The position numbers and the translations under genes were made by a program. Under the pieces are notes generated by a model, which made no database searches, was not told where the DNA came from, and worked only from the letters and a program-made list of their open reading frames with translations. DNA of 64,000 nt from a virus, in IMG/VR virus record IMGVR_UViG_3300033121_000981, positions 1 through 64,000 of that record; one strand, 5' to 3'. Positions within the stretch are counted from its first letter, which is position 1, and each line of letters opens with the position of its first letter. Of this stretch, positions 8,245 to 17,046 are shown in pieces.

Positions 8245-8786
8245 GAATTATTAACATAATATAAAGCATCCCCATTTTGTTTTACAGCTTCTAAACATAT
8301 TTCTTCTGTTTGTTCCTTAACATACCATAAAGCATAACCATTTTGTTTAACAGCTGCTAAACATATTTCTTCTGTTTGTTCCTTAACATACCATAAAGCA
8401 TAACCATTTTGTTTAACAGCTGCTAAACATATTTCTTCTGTTTGTTCCTTAACATCCTTTAAAGCATAACCGTTTTGTTTTACAGCTTCTAAACATATTT
8501 CTTCTGTTTGTTCCTTAACATGCTCTAAAGCATAACCGTTTTGTTTTACAGCTTCTAAACATATTTCTTCTGTTTGTTCCTTGACATCCTTTAAAGCATA
8601 ACCATTTCGTTTAACAGCTTCTAAACATATTTCTTCTGTTTGTTCCTTAACACACTCTAAAGCATATCCGTTTTGTCTAACAGCTGCTAAACATATTTCT
8701 TCTGTTTGATTCTCAACATACTTTAAAGCAAACCCCTCTTGTTTAACAGCTGCTAAAGCCTCTTGTTCATTAGTGAAATATTTCAT
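8229..8786 (-). CDS. DUF4116-type tandem-repeat protein, about 8 x 20-aa repeats (EQTEEICLEAVKQNGYALKDVK)
   Basis: obvious 20-aa periodicity; 60-bp DNA repeats. Confidence 0.8.
   Translation of the reverse strand: MKYFTNEQEALAAVKQEGFALKYVENQTEEICLAAVRQNGYALECVKEQTEEICLEAVKRNGYALKDVKEQTEEICLEAVKQNGYALEHVKEQTEEICLEAVKQNGYALKDVKEQTEEICLAAVKQNGYALWYVKEQTEEICLAAVKQNGYALWYVKEQTEEICLEAVKQNGDALYYVNNSLQNK
8270..8770. repeat. about 8 tandem copies of a 60-bp unit, coding and in frame, inside CDS 8229-8786
   Basis: near-identical copies, e.g. TTGTTCCTTAACATACCATAAAGCATAACCATTTTGTTTAACAGCTGCTAAACATATTTCTTCTG. Confidence 0.8.
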
Positions 8787-8822
8787 TTTTTAACATTCCC
8801 GTTTAAATTAAACAACACAAGT

Positions 8823-8851
8823 ATTATATACACGTTTATTTAATAAATCAA
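8823..8851 (-). promoter_or_regulatory. early promoter cassette copy 5, TTGATT-17-TATAAT
   Basis: sequence match. Confidence 0.6.
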
Positions 8852-9267
8852 GCATTATTCAATTTATTTCTATGTTTATGAGAAGCACCAATTTTAGCCG
8901 CGCACATTGTCACAGCTGCTACAGTGCGCCCCAATTGTCTAGCACACTCAACCCTGCCAAGAATTTTATAATTTCCTTTCAAGAAAATTATCTCATCATC
9001 TTTCCATTTTGTGCTATTTGTTAAATTAACAAAATTTTGACATTTTCCTGCTTTTCGCATCGCATTGCGCTGGTTTGTTAATTTTTCAATCGCGCCAATT
9101 TGCATTAAATAATGTGGCAAATTATAACTAGAAAGCCAATTTTCTAGCATACTGATATCGGTGCGTAATAATTTAGCAGCGTGCTCATTGCTGTATTCAA
9201 TTTCAGAAATTAATTTTTGAAGCTTTTTACTAAAATCTATCATTTCATTTTCCTTTGTTTTGTCCAA
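8848..9267 (-). CDS. hypothetical protein, possible C-terminal HTH
   Basis: ORF track. Confidence 0.5.
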   Translation of the reverse strand: MDKTKENEMIDFSKKLQKLISEIEYSNEHAAKLLRTDISMLENWLSSYNLPHYLMQIGAIEKLTNQRNAMRKAGKCQNFVNLTNSTKWKDDEIIFLKGNYKILGRVECARQLGRTVAAVTMCAAKIGASHKHRNKLNNA

Positions 9268-9455
9268 AAAGGATCAAAAGCGAATGGGCATTCGTACATC
9301 ATGCGCCCGTCAATATTGCTTATAAAAGTACTTCGTGCTTGGTTTTTGTGCCGCTTCAAAATCTCGCGGGTTTTTTGTGTTGCTGGAAAGTAAAGATCTG
9401 ACTGCCAATTACTGCACTCAATACCCGCTGCAATCAAGTCTTCATAAATTGTCAT
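9240..9455 (-). CDS. hypothetical protein
   Basis: ORF track. Confidence 0.45.
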   Translation of the reverse strand: MTIYEDLIAAGIECSNWQSDLYFPATQKTREILKRHKNQARSTFISNIDGRMMYECPFAFDPFWTKQRKMK

Positions 9456-9780
9456 TTTTAGTTCCTTTCAAAATTAATTAATAGAGTAGATATTATTACA
9501 TACAGAATAAATATGTACAACATATTTTTAAGAATTTATGAAAATAATTTATAAAATGTTATCAATAAATACATAAAACGATTTAAACGGCCCATATTCA
9601 ATTTAAATATTTACCCTAACCCTACTATTAAATTTATTTTTAAATCGATTATAGAGCGTTTTGACAAGCCTATTTTAAGTATGTATTGTATAAATTACAT
9701 TTAATAATTTTCTTGACAAAATGCGAAATATATGATGCATGCAAACTATAAGCGTGTGTCCCGCCAGGGACCATGCAAAC

Positions 9781-9810
9781 TATAAAAATAGTTTACACAA
9801 ATTTAAAATT
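9781..9810 (+). promoter_or_regulatory. sigma70-like promoter TTTACA-18-TATAAT in a non-coding region
   Basis: no plus-strand ORF downstream; followed by hairpins. Confidence 0.5.
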
Positions 9811-9884
9811 GTGTGTATAATAGCTGCATTGATACAACAAACTATCAATATGACAATTTAAGCAGCGACGAGAGGCGCAACCCT

Positions 9885-9914
9885 GCTGGGTGCGCTTGAC
9901 TACAATCTTTAGCG
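9885..9914 (+). promoter_or_regulatory. second tandem promoter, TTGACT-18-TATAAA
   Basis: seen directly. Confidence 0.5.
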
Positions 9915-10149
9915 TTAAGTATAAATTTAATGTTATTTTTTGAATGTAAGTAGCCCTTGCGCGTAATATTTATACGTTGATTTTTACGTAGCTACTGTTA
10001 CGCCTAAAATTATTTTATTGCTTTATTAGCAAGATATTGTAATATCGATAATATTAATAAATTATTAATGTTTCATTTTTGGAAACGTTTTTGCTTATTT
10101 TGATATTACTAAATTTGGATACCAAAAATCCTATAAGAAGGTTTAAAAA

Positions 10150-10330
10150 ATTCGGGTGAAATCTAGGAAATTCCAAATTCCTAGAAATGCTGAATTCCAA
10201 AATTCAAAATGGTAAATTTTCTTAAAATTTAAATTTATGAAAAGCCACATAATGTAAAATTCCGTGGCCAAATTTGGAATTATTTTCAAATCCTTGTTTG
10301 GATTTCATTTTTAAATTATTTAAAATTCCA
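10150..10330. repeat. iteron-like repeats of AAATTCCAAA (four or more copies) plus palindromes CCAAATTTGG and TCAAATCCTTGTTTGGATTTCA
   Basis: seen directly; AT-rich region. Confidence 0.5.
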
Positions 10331-10349
10331 AAATTAATATTTAGCAAAT

Positions 10350-11483
10350 TTACTTAATATCAAAACGTTTATCTAGTGCTTTAGTATAATCTTGTAATAG
10401 ATATATTTTATATTTTTCTTTACAATCATTCCAAGATGCTTTGACATTAATGTTCTTCTTTTTAGCATTAAACAAAACAGCAGAATAACGGAGTTTACAG
10501 AACTCGTCGGCTAGCTCTTTTTGTGTTGAACAGGTGTTGTTGAGATAATTATATGTACTAGCCATAGATTCCATAAGATAATTGAATCCTCTTATATATG
10601 GCTCAAACAAAAACCTATCGTCTGGAAAATAATTTAAATACTCTTCATGTTCTCCTGAAATAACTAATTGGCATATCCTTTTCGGTGAAATACCTTCACC
10701 CTTCATATGATGTACAGCTACATAAGTTGGACTTTTTATTTTACAGATAGGAACACCATTTTGATATAACACATACCCTTCATCAAGGTTTTTTAATGTT
10801 TTAACATGATTTAAACATTCGTCTATTGATTTAAATATGTATTGTTTTGGGATAATAGCGCCTAAATCTTCCCAGATAAAATCTAAATTCCAATATTCCC
10901 CAGTTTTTATATCTCTGGATGTCAAATAGTATAAACTACACCCATCGTACCGTTTAATCACTCTATTTTCTGGACTAACTACTTCCAATATGTGAGTATC
11001 TTTCTTTGAAAAATGCTTTTCACAGCTTTCTTGGAACTGTTTCTCAGACCAATTTAAAGATTTCAATACAAGCTCTTTATAAGTAATATCAAATCCATTT
11101 ACCGTTGTCTCTGCAAAAGCTGTACCTCTTGTGGATATTCTCCACTCATTGCCCCAATGGTAGATTTTAATTAAACTTCCGTCAATTTTCTCAAAACACT
11201 TTGTATTAGAAAAATATAACCCATTTAATGTCTCTGATTGTTCCCCATAATTAAAGAACCTATCAAACCCTCTTGATACAACATTATAATTTTTACTGTC
11301 AAGAATAAGCCCCCTACATTCCATAACAATTGGATGTGTTTTTGGGCTGTGAATTTGATCATAATTTAAAACAAGCAAACCCTCATCATATTGTTTCACT
11401 TTAATATGAAAGTTATCCTCTAAGGTTTTTATTCCATGTTCTTTTAAATATTCAATTGTTTTCATGTATTTTGAGCTTTCCAT
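10350..11483 (-). CDS. rnlA: RNA ligase 1 (T4 Rnl1-like)
   Basis: motifs ECRG, FFNYGE, KIDGSL (nucleotidyl-transferase motif I) and EGYV...CKIKS match T4 Rnl1 in order; 377 aa against 374 aa. Confidence 0.88.
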   Translation of the reverse strand: MESSKYMKTIEYLKEHGIKTLEDNFHIKVKQYDEGLLVLNYDQIHSPKTHPIVMECRGLILDSKNYNVVSRGFDRFFNYGEQSETLNGLYFSNTKCFEKIDGSLIKIYHWGNEWRISTRGTAFAETTVNGFDITYKELVLKSLNWSEKQFQESCEKHFSKKDTHILEVVSPENRVIKRYDGCSLYYLTSRDIKTGEYWNLDFIWEDLGAIIPKQYIFKSIDECLNHVKTLKNLDEGYVLYQNGVPICKIKSPTYVAVHHMKGEGISPKRICQLVISGEHEEYLNYFPDDRFLFEPYIRGFNYLMESMASTYNYLNNTCSTQKELADEFCKLRYSAVLFNAKKKNINVKASWNDCKEKYKIYLLQDYTKALDKRFDIK

Positions 11484-11758
11484 TGTTGTGCGTATAATTT
11501 ATACCTCTTGCCATACCCTCTTACCCACTTCCGTACTTTATTCCTTTTTCTGTTCTTATGATTACAATAATATTCTGCAAATCCATTAGGCATACAGAAC
11601 GCTATTGTACCTCCAGACCAGCTTTTTATTTTGTTCCTAGATTGATAAATAGAACATTCTACATGATTAGAATTAGCATAATTTACACCGTATTTAATAG
11701 CTTGCTGAAGTGTGGTAAAAACTTTTAAAGTTCCATTATTCGTTCCTGACACAAACAC
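11462..11758 (-). CDS. hypothetical basic protein
   Basis: ORF track. Confidence 0.45.
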   Translation of the reverse strand: MFVSGTNNGTLKVFTTLQQAIKYGVNYANSNHVECSIYQSRNKIKSWSGGTIAFCMPNGFAEYYCNHKNRKRNKVRKWVRGYGKRYKLYAQQWKAQNT

Positions 11759-11772
11759 CTCATATTTACACC

Positions 11773-12021
11773 TTACTGGGAAGATAGAATTATTTGCCCT
11801 ACCTTTATATTTTTCTTATCCACACCTCCAAGAATAGATAGTTCTCTTCTTGAAAGAAATTTTGTCATCTCAATATTCTTATAAACCAAACCCGCTCTAA
11901 TTTCATCTTCTGCTCCGTCTTCCCTAATAATTTTTACATTTTTATTATTGTCATACGAAATAATGGAAATTTTTTCTGGTGTTTCTGAATATAGATTTGT
12001 GTAATAAGTTTTCTTATTCAT
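11773..12021 (-). CDS. hypothetical protein
   Basis: ORF track. Confidence 0.45.
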   Translation of the reverse strand: MNKKTYYTNLYSETPEKISIISYDNNKNVKIIREDGAEDEIRAGLVYKNIEMTKFLSRRELSILGGVDKKNIKVGQIILSSQ

Positions 12022-13103
12022 ATTTTGCTTGCCCTATTTAGTTTATTAACAATTTCTATTACAAACATTTTTGCATACGGATTCTCAACCACTTTATTAT
12101 ATCTCATAAAATGTTGGTTAAAATCACATTTAGCATCACTTACGGAAATTCCAAGAGTACTGTGACGTTGTCCATTCTGTGTGATAGAGTAAACAAGGTA
12201 TCTTCCATTTTCTACCTGTGGAATGTAGCTGGCAACACAATGATGCATAGTCATACCTTCTTCTACAATAGCTAAAGGTGACTTCAATAGATGAGCTTCA
12301 AAACCATTCTCATCTTGAAAATATGTAGATGTTAAACTCTTAAGACAATTTATTTCTTCATTAGAAAATCTTCTTTTATTGTACTCTTTAGAACATATGT
12401 CATGCTCTTCTTTTATTCTTCTATAGCTTAGTTTATACAACCTTTCTGTATCTCTCCCAAGTAATCTGAAAAGGTTTAAAGTATCAGTAAATATTTGTTT
12501 TTCTTCGTAAAATAACTTACCCCACTTACCTTTACAATGTAGACTAATCCATTTTAAAACTACAATATCAACATCATAATTATTTTTCAAAACAGTGGTA
12601 GGTAAGTAGCAGTATTCGTTTAGGAATTTAAAACTACTGCCACACCTTGTATTACTTAAATACGCTGACATTAGCACCTTGTTTTTATTTAAAGAGTTTT
12701 TAGCAATAATTTTCCAGTTTGGGATACTTTCTTTTAACTCTTTAGGGCTTTTGCCAGTAATTGCAATAATAGGTAGTACGTTGAAGAGACCGTCGCTGTA
12801 CGCTTCTTTAAGTGTTGAATAATTTTTATGGACACTTTCCAGTAATAAATTATCCATTTTATACTTGTTCCAACTAATCTTTCTAATTATATCAATGTGA
12901 GGAACTACAAAAACTTTATATTGAAGTTTTTTAAAAGCTGCAAAAGCTCGATAATGTTCCCTTGAGATAGGTAAACTTAGGCCCATACCATAAACCCATG
13001 TTATGCAACTCTTAGTATTTTGATAGTTCGTGAATTCATGAATAGTTTTTCCATCTTGTAAAACTACAATACTTCTTCCTCTTACATCAAATGTTATTTT
13101 CAT
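12018..13103 (-). CDS. hypothetical protein with conserved C-terminal MHHCVASY motif (possibly PcfJ-like)
   Basis: ORF track; motif recalled from memory only. Confidence 0.55.
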   Translation of the reverse strand: MKITFDVRGRSIVVLQDGKTIHEFTNYQNTKSCITWVYGMGLSLPISREHYRAFAAFKKLQYKVFVVPHIDIIRKISWNKYKMDNLLLESVHKNYSTLKEAYSDGLFNVLPIIAITGKSPKELKESIPNWKIIAKNSLNKNKVLMSAYLSNTRCGSSFKFLNEYCYLPTTVLKNNYDVDIVVLKWISLHCKGKWGKLFYEEKQIFTDTLNLFRLLGRDTERLYKLSYRRIKEEHDICSKEYNKRRFSNEEINCLKSLTSTYFQDENGFEAHLLKSPLAIVEEGMTMHHCVASYIPQVENGRYLVYSITQNGQRHSTLGISVSDAKCDFNQHFMRYNKVVENPYAKMFVIEIVNKLNRASKI

Positions 13104-13374
13104 ATTTTGCTTTCAATTCTTTAAGTAACCGTCGTTCACGTACCTCTTCAATACTTTTCTTATTTTTCTCAACTCTTAATCTATGTATGTATTCCTCATC
13201 AGTCTCTAATACATCCCAATGCACGGGAAAATAGAAAGAATGGTTATCACTATCTCCACCAATTATGGCAGAGTCTGGAATATTATAAGTAGCTAACATC
13301 CTTTTAAATTCCCCAACGCTCATATTGCTACACTCTATACTCTCATATTTATTTATATATTTCTTTAGCATCAT
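13087..13374 (-). CDS. hypothetical protein
   Basis: ORF track. Confidence 0.5.
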   Translation of the reverse strand: MMLKKYINKYESIECSNMSVGEFKRMLATYNIPDSAIIGGDSDNHSFYFPVHWDVLETDEEYIHRLRVEKNKKSIEEVRERRLLKELKAKYENNI

Positions 13375-13398
13375 ACTCTCCTTTTGTAAGAAAATAGT

Positions 13399-13737
13399 TT
13401 ATATATTAACAAACAAACTATCCACTGTCCATTTTTTCTTCCTTAATATTTCAGCTATTTTTACACTACATTTTCTATATAATTTTAGAATGGCTACACA
13501 TTCAGAATATTCTATATCATAAATACACGCCAATTCTTTAACGGTAAGGGTAGAAAATGTTGTCAATAATAAATATATTCCACTTTCTGAAATACGTGTT
13601 CCACTTTCTACCTCCTGTGCTATAATTTTACTCACCCATTTAGGCTTTAAACGTTGCCTGCATAAATATGTGTAAGAATATTTGTTGTCATATGTTTTAT
13701 GATGTGGGTTTGTTATTTTTGATTTTTTCATAAACAC
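13399..13737 (-). CDS. hypothetical protein, possible HTH regulator
   Basis: ORF track; first gene of the leftward unit at the divergent region. Confidence 0.5.
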   Translation of the reverse strand: MFMKKSKITNPHHKTYDNKYSYTYLCRQRLKPKWVSKIIAQEVESGTRISESGIYLLLTTFSTLTVKELACIYDIEYSECVAILKLYRKCSVKIAEILRKKKWTVDSLFVNI

Positions 13738-13960
13738 TTCTCCAAAAATACTTCCTAAAAGGGATAATTATAGCATGTTACCTACATTATATGAACAAGC
13801 ATTTGCAAAAATAACCAGAAACAAAGAGTTGGTAAGACTCTCTAAAGTTGCTTGTTTAAATTAAAACAAGCAAAAAGCTGTAAGGTATGCTATAGTGAAA
13901 GCTGCTGCATATATAAGGTATTTGATTGAAAACAATTAATAATATTTAAAGGATAAAATT

Positions 13961-14209
13961 ATGAATATATTTAAAATTTGTGGTTATTCAACGCACGCAG
14001 TAGTTGTACCTTCACAATCTCACTTAGGTAAAGCTAATATAAAATCTGTTAATCCAGAACAAGCACATTTGTTTCGCATGATAGATAGTCACGGTAAGTG
14101 TCAAGAAGTTGATATTAGAATGATGAATAGAATTGCTATGCAAAGAATTGAACAGCAGCGCAGAGATCGGATTCTTAGTACGTTTTTGCAGGGAATGAAT
14201 GATGAGTGA
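13961..14209 (+). CDS. hypothetical protein
   Basis: ORF track; first gene of the rightward unit. Confidence 0.45.
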   Translation: MNIFKICGYSTHAVVVPSQSHLGKANIKSVNPEQAHLFRMIDSHGKCQEVDIRMMNRIAMQRIEQQRRDRILSTFLQGMNDE

Positions 14210-14855
14210 CATTTGCACAGAAGAATTGTTTCTTAAAGATGTAAAAGAACACGTTATTGAAATAATCAGAGATGACGGCGTGCATCGACACATTAGATTC
14301 AAAAAGACTGGAACTGGTTGCATGCATTTCGATTTGATCACATGGCCAGGCTACTTATGTTACACTGGCGACATGGGAACATACGTATTCACGCGACTAA
14401 TGGACATGTTTGAGTTTTTCAGAACGGATAGAAGAGACGAAAACAAATTAGGCATAAACCTCGGTTATTGGTCTGAAAAACTGATCGCAGTAAACAGCAA
14501 CGGAAGATTCGGCGGTTCTGCTGAAGAGTTTTGCGAAGATAGTTTTAGGCGCGCAATTAATGAGTACCGAATCGAGTGGATGCGGGAAGGTTTTGAAAAT
14601 GGAACGCTTCGTAAAAAGGAACGCAGAGAATTATGGGAAGCAGTTGATTGGCAAGTTTTAGATGAGATTGATAACGGGGAACTTTCTGCATTACACGCTG
14701 CACAAGATTTTCGTTACTTTATTGGAAAAAATGAAAAACCTTATGAATTTACTGATTTTTTCGAACACAATTTTAAAAAATATACGTTTCATTTTATTTG
14801 GTGTTGCTACGCAATAGCTTGGGGAATATTGAAATATGATGAGTTTAAGAAATAA
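14199..14855 (+). CDS. hypothetical protein
   Basis: ORF track. Confidence 0.6.
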   Translation: MMSDICTEELFLKDVKEHVIEIIRDDGVHRHIRFKKTGTGCMHFDLITWPGYLCYTGDMGTYVFTRLMDMFEFFRTDRRDENKLGINLGYWSEKLIAVNSNGRFGGSAEEFCEDSFRRAINEYRIEWMREGFENGTLRKKERRELWEAVDWQVLDEIDNGELSALHAAQDFRYFIGKNEKPYEFTDFFEHNFKKYTFHFIWCCYAIAWGILKYDEFKK

Positions 14856-15160
14856 ATGATGAAACTGATTACTTACAACAAAGGTAAGGGATTATTTTGG
14901 ATTCGATTTACCTTTTTAGGAAATAGAGGCTTTTATATTAAAGATACTGGAAAGTTACGGTTAACTTTCTCAGAACGTAATGCAAACAAGTTTGGTTTTT
15001 CTATACGTAATTTTTATTTTAGTTTTTTAAGTGGTTATTAAATAGAGGTGGAAAATGGAAGTATTGATTTATAAAGATAATACAAACGTTTTTGCAGGGT
15101 ATGAGTAATGCAAATATTTAAATACTTTACAGTTTTTATAATTTCATTCTTTTTATTCGC

Positions 15161-15478
15161 ATGTGGAGATACCTAATGAAACATAAACATTACGAACTAA
15201 TAATAGCTTTTGCTAACGGTGAAGAAATTGAACTCAAGAGTGGTGACAAATGGTTCGCTATACGGAACCCATCTTGGTTTGATAATATTGAATATAGAAT
15301 CAAACCAAAAGAGCCTAAAAAAGTTTCTATGTGGCAATTTGTTTGTAAGGACTCGTGTGGGTACTGGTTATCACAAAGATTCTATACTTCAAAAGAGGAA
15401 GCTCAAAAATCTAGGTTATCCCATTGCGAGGTGTTATTTAAATTAGAATCCTCCCATATTTTAGTAGAAGAGGAATAA
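15161..15478 (+). CDS. hypothetical protein
   Basis: ORF track. Confidence 0.5.
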   Translation: MWRYLMKHKHYELIIAFANGEEIELKSGDKWFAIRNPSWFDNIEYRIKPKEPKKVSMWQFVCKDSCGYWLSQRFYTSKEEAQKSRLSHCEVLFKLESSHILVEEE

Positions 15479-16831
15479 ATGACACTATACCAACTTATCA
15501 CTTTAATCAGGGAAACACAAGGACACACAAATAAACTCACACTTATGCGTCAGCATAAAGATAATGAACTGTTTAAAAATTACATGCAAGCTGTGTATGA
15601 TCCCACTTTAAATTACTATCTTACTAAGCTTCCTAAGTATGATAAAACTCTAATAGAAAAAGAAGTTGCACTTGAGTTCACTCAAGATACTTTGAGTTCA
15701 TTAATGAAGCTTGCTACAAGACAAATTACAGGTAATAAGGCTAAACAATTTTTGTCCAAGTTACTATGTTATTTGAATGATGAAGGTAGGGAGCTAGTTG
15801 GGTATATTATCCGCAGGAATATAAATGGAAATGTCGGTGATGGTATGGTGCTTAAAGTATGGCCTGAGCTGTTCTTTATTCCTCCATATATGCGTTGTTC
15901 TTTATTGAATGAGAATACAAAGAAACATTTCTCTTCTTTGCCTAGATTTTATGTACAAGAAAAAGTGGATGGTTCTTTTATATACTTAATTGTGCCTGAA
16001 AACAGTCCATCAGAGGCTCTTACAAGAGCAGGAAATGTATATCCTCATTGGTTCTCTTCTATGTTAATTAAGGGTGAAAAAGTAAATCATTGGGGTAAAG
16101 TTCTAATTGGGGAATGTTTAGTTTACAACCAATTCAATATTTTGCTACCAAGACAAGAGGGTAATGGGGTTTTAAATAGTATTCTACATGGGGGATTAAA
16201 AGAGGAGTTTGAAAATTATAGATTTTTAATGGTAGTTTGGGATAAGGTTACTATAGATCAATTTTATAATGGTTACTCAAGTATAGCTTATAAGTTTAGG
16301 TTTGATGGGATTAGGCTTGGGGATAATCCTAATTTAATTAAAGTTAGTTCATATCAAACAGATAGTCTTGAAAAGGCTTTTAACATTTATTCTACATATA
16401 CTTCTTTAGGTAAAGAGGGTGTAGTTATTAAAGACCCTGACAGTGTTTGGAAAGACTACACATCACCTTATAATGTTAAATTAAAACTAACGTTTGAAAT
16501 AGATTTAGAGGTTATTTGCACATATGAAGGTCAAGGTAAAGCTGCTGGTATGTTAGGTGGATTAGTTGTACAATCAAAAGATGGTAGAGTAAACTGTTGT
16601 GTTGGGACAGGGTTTACTGATAAAATACGTAAAGAATTATGGAGCAGCAAAGAGGACATTATTGGTAAAATTGTCACAGTTAAAGCGAATGATGTTATAA
16701 CTGATAAAAACCAATGGAAAACTAAAAGCTTATTTCTACCAGTATTTGTAGAGTTACGTAATGATAAAACTGAGGCGGATAGCTTTGAGCATATTATGAA
16801 TCAATTAGAAGCTGCTAAACAAGGAAAATAA
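15479..16831 (+). CDS. ATP-dependent DNA ligase
   Basis: motif I KVDGSF, C-terminal OB-domain GTGFTD as in T7-type ligases, 450 aa. Confidence 0.8.
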   Translation: MTLYQLITLIRETQGHTNKLTLMRQHKDNELFKNYMQAVYDPTLNYYLTKLPKYDKTLIEKEVALEFTQDTLSSLMKLATRQITGNKAKQFLSKLLCYLNDEGRELVGYIIRRNINGNVGDGMVLKVWPELFFIPPYMRCSLLNENTKKHFSSLPRFYVQEKVDGSFIYLIVPENSPSEALTRAGNVYPHWFSSMLIKGEKVNHWGKVLIGECLVYNQFNILLPRQEGNGVLNSILHGGLKEEFENYRFLMVVWDKVTIDQFYNGYSSIAYKFRFDGIRLGDNPNLIKVSSYQTDSLEKAFNIYSTYTSLGKEGVVIKDPDSVWKDYTSPYNVKLKLTFEIDLEVICTYEGQGKAAGMLGGLVVQSKDGRVNCCVGTGFTDKIRKELWSSKEDIIGKIVTVKANDVITDKNQWKTKSLFLPVFVELRNDKTEADSFEHIMNQLEAAKQGK

Positions 16832-17046
16832 TGGGAATATAATCGCATACTTAATTAGATATCATCATTTAAATACTTAAATGATGGCAGAAAAATTAAA
16901 TGTAAAATTCCACACTATGATTGATCTTAAAATACAAGAATCAGAAATATCTTATGATATACTTAATAGGTGCGCTAAAGCGTTTAACATGAATATTACA
17001 ACAGTTATTGCATTAGAGCGTATCTTAAGAGAATATAAGTTTTGTA

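Noticed and set aside
8270-8770. Regularly spaced 60-bp repeats that might be a CRISPR array
   Set aside because: Repeats are contiguous with no spacers, all in one open reading frame encoding a 20-aa protein repeat; no cas genes.
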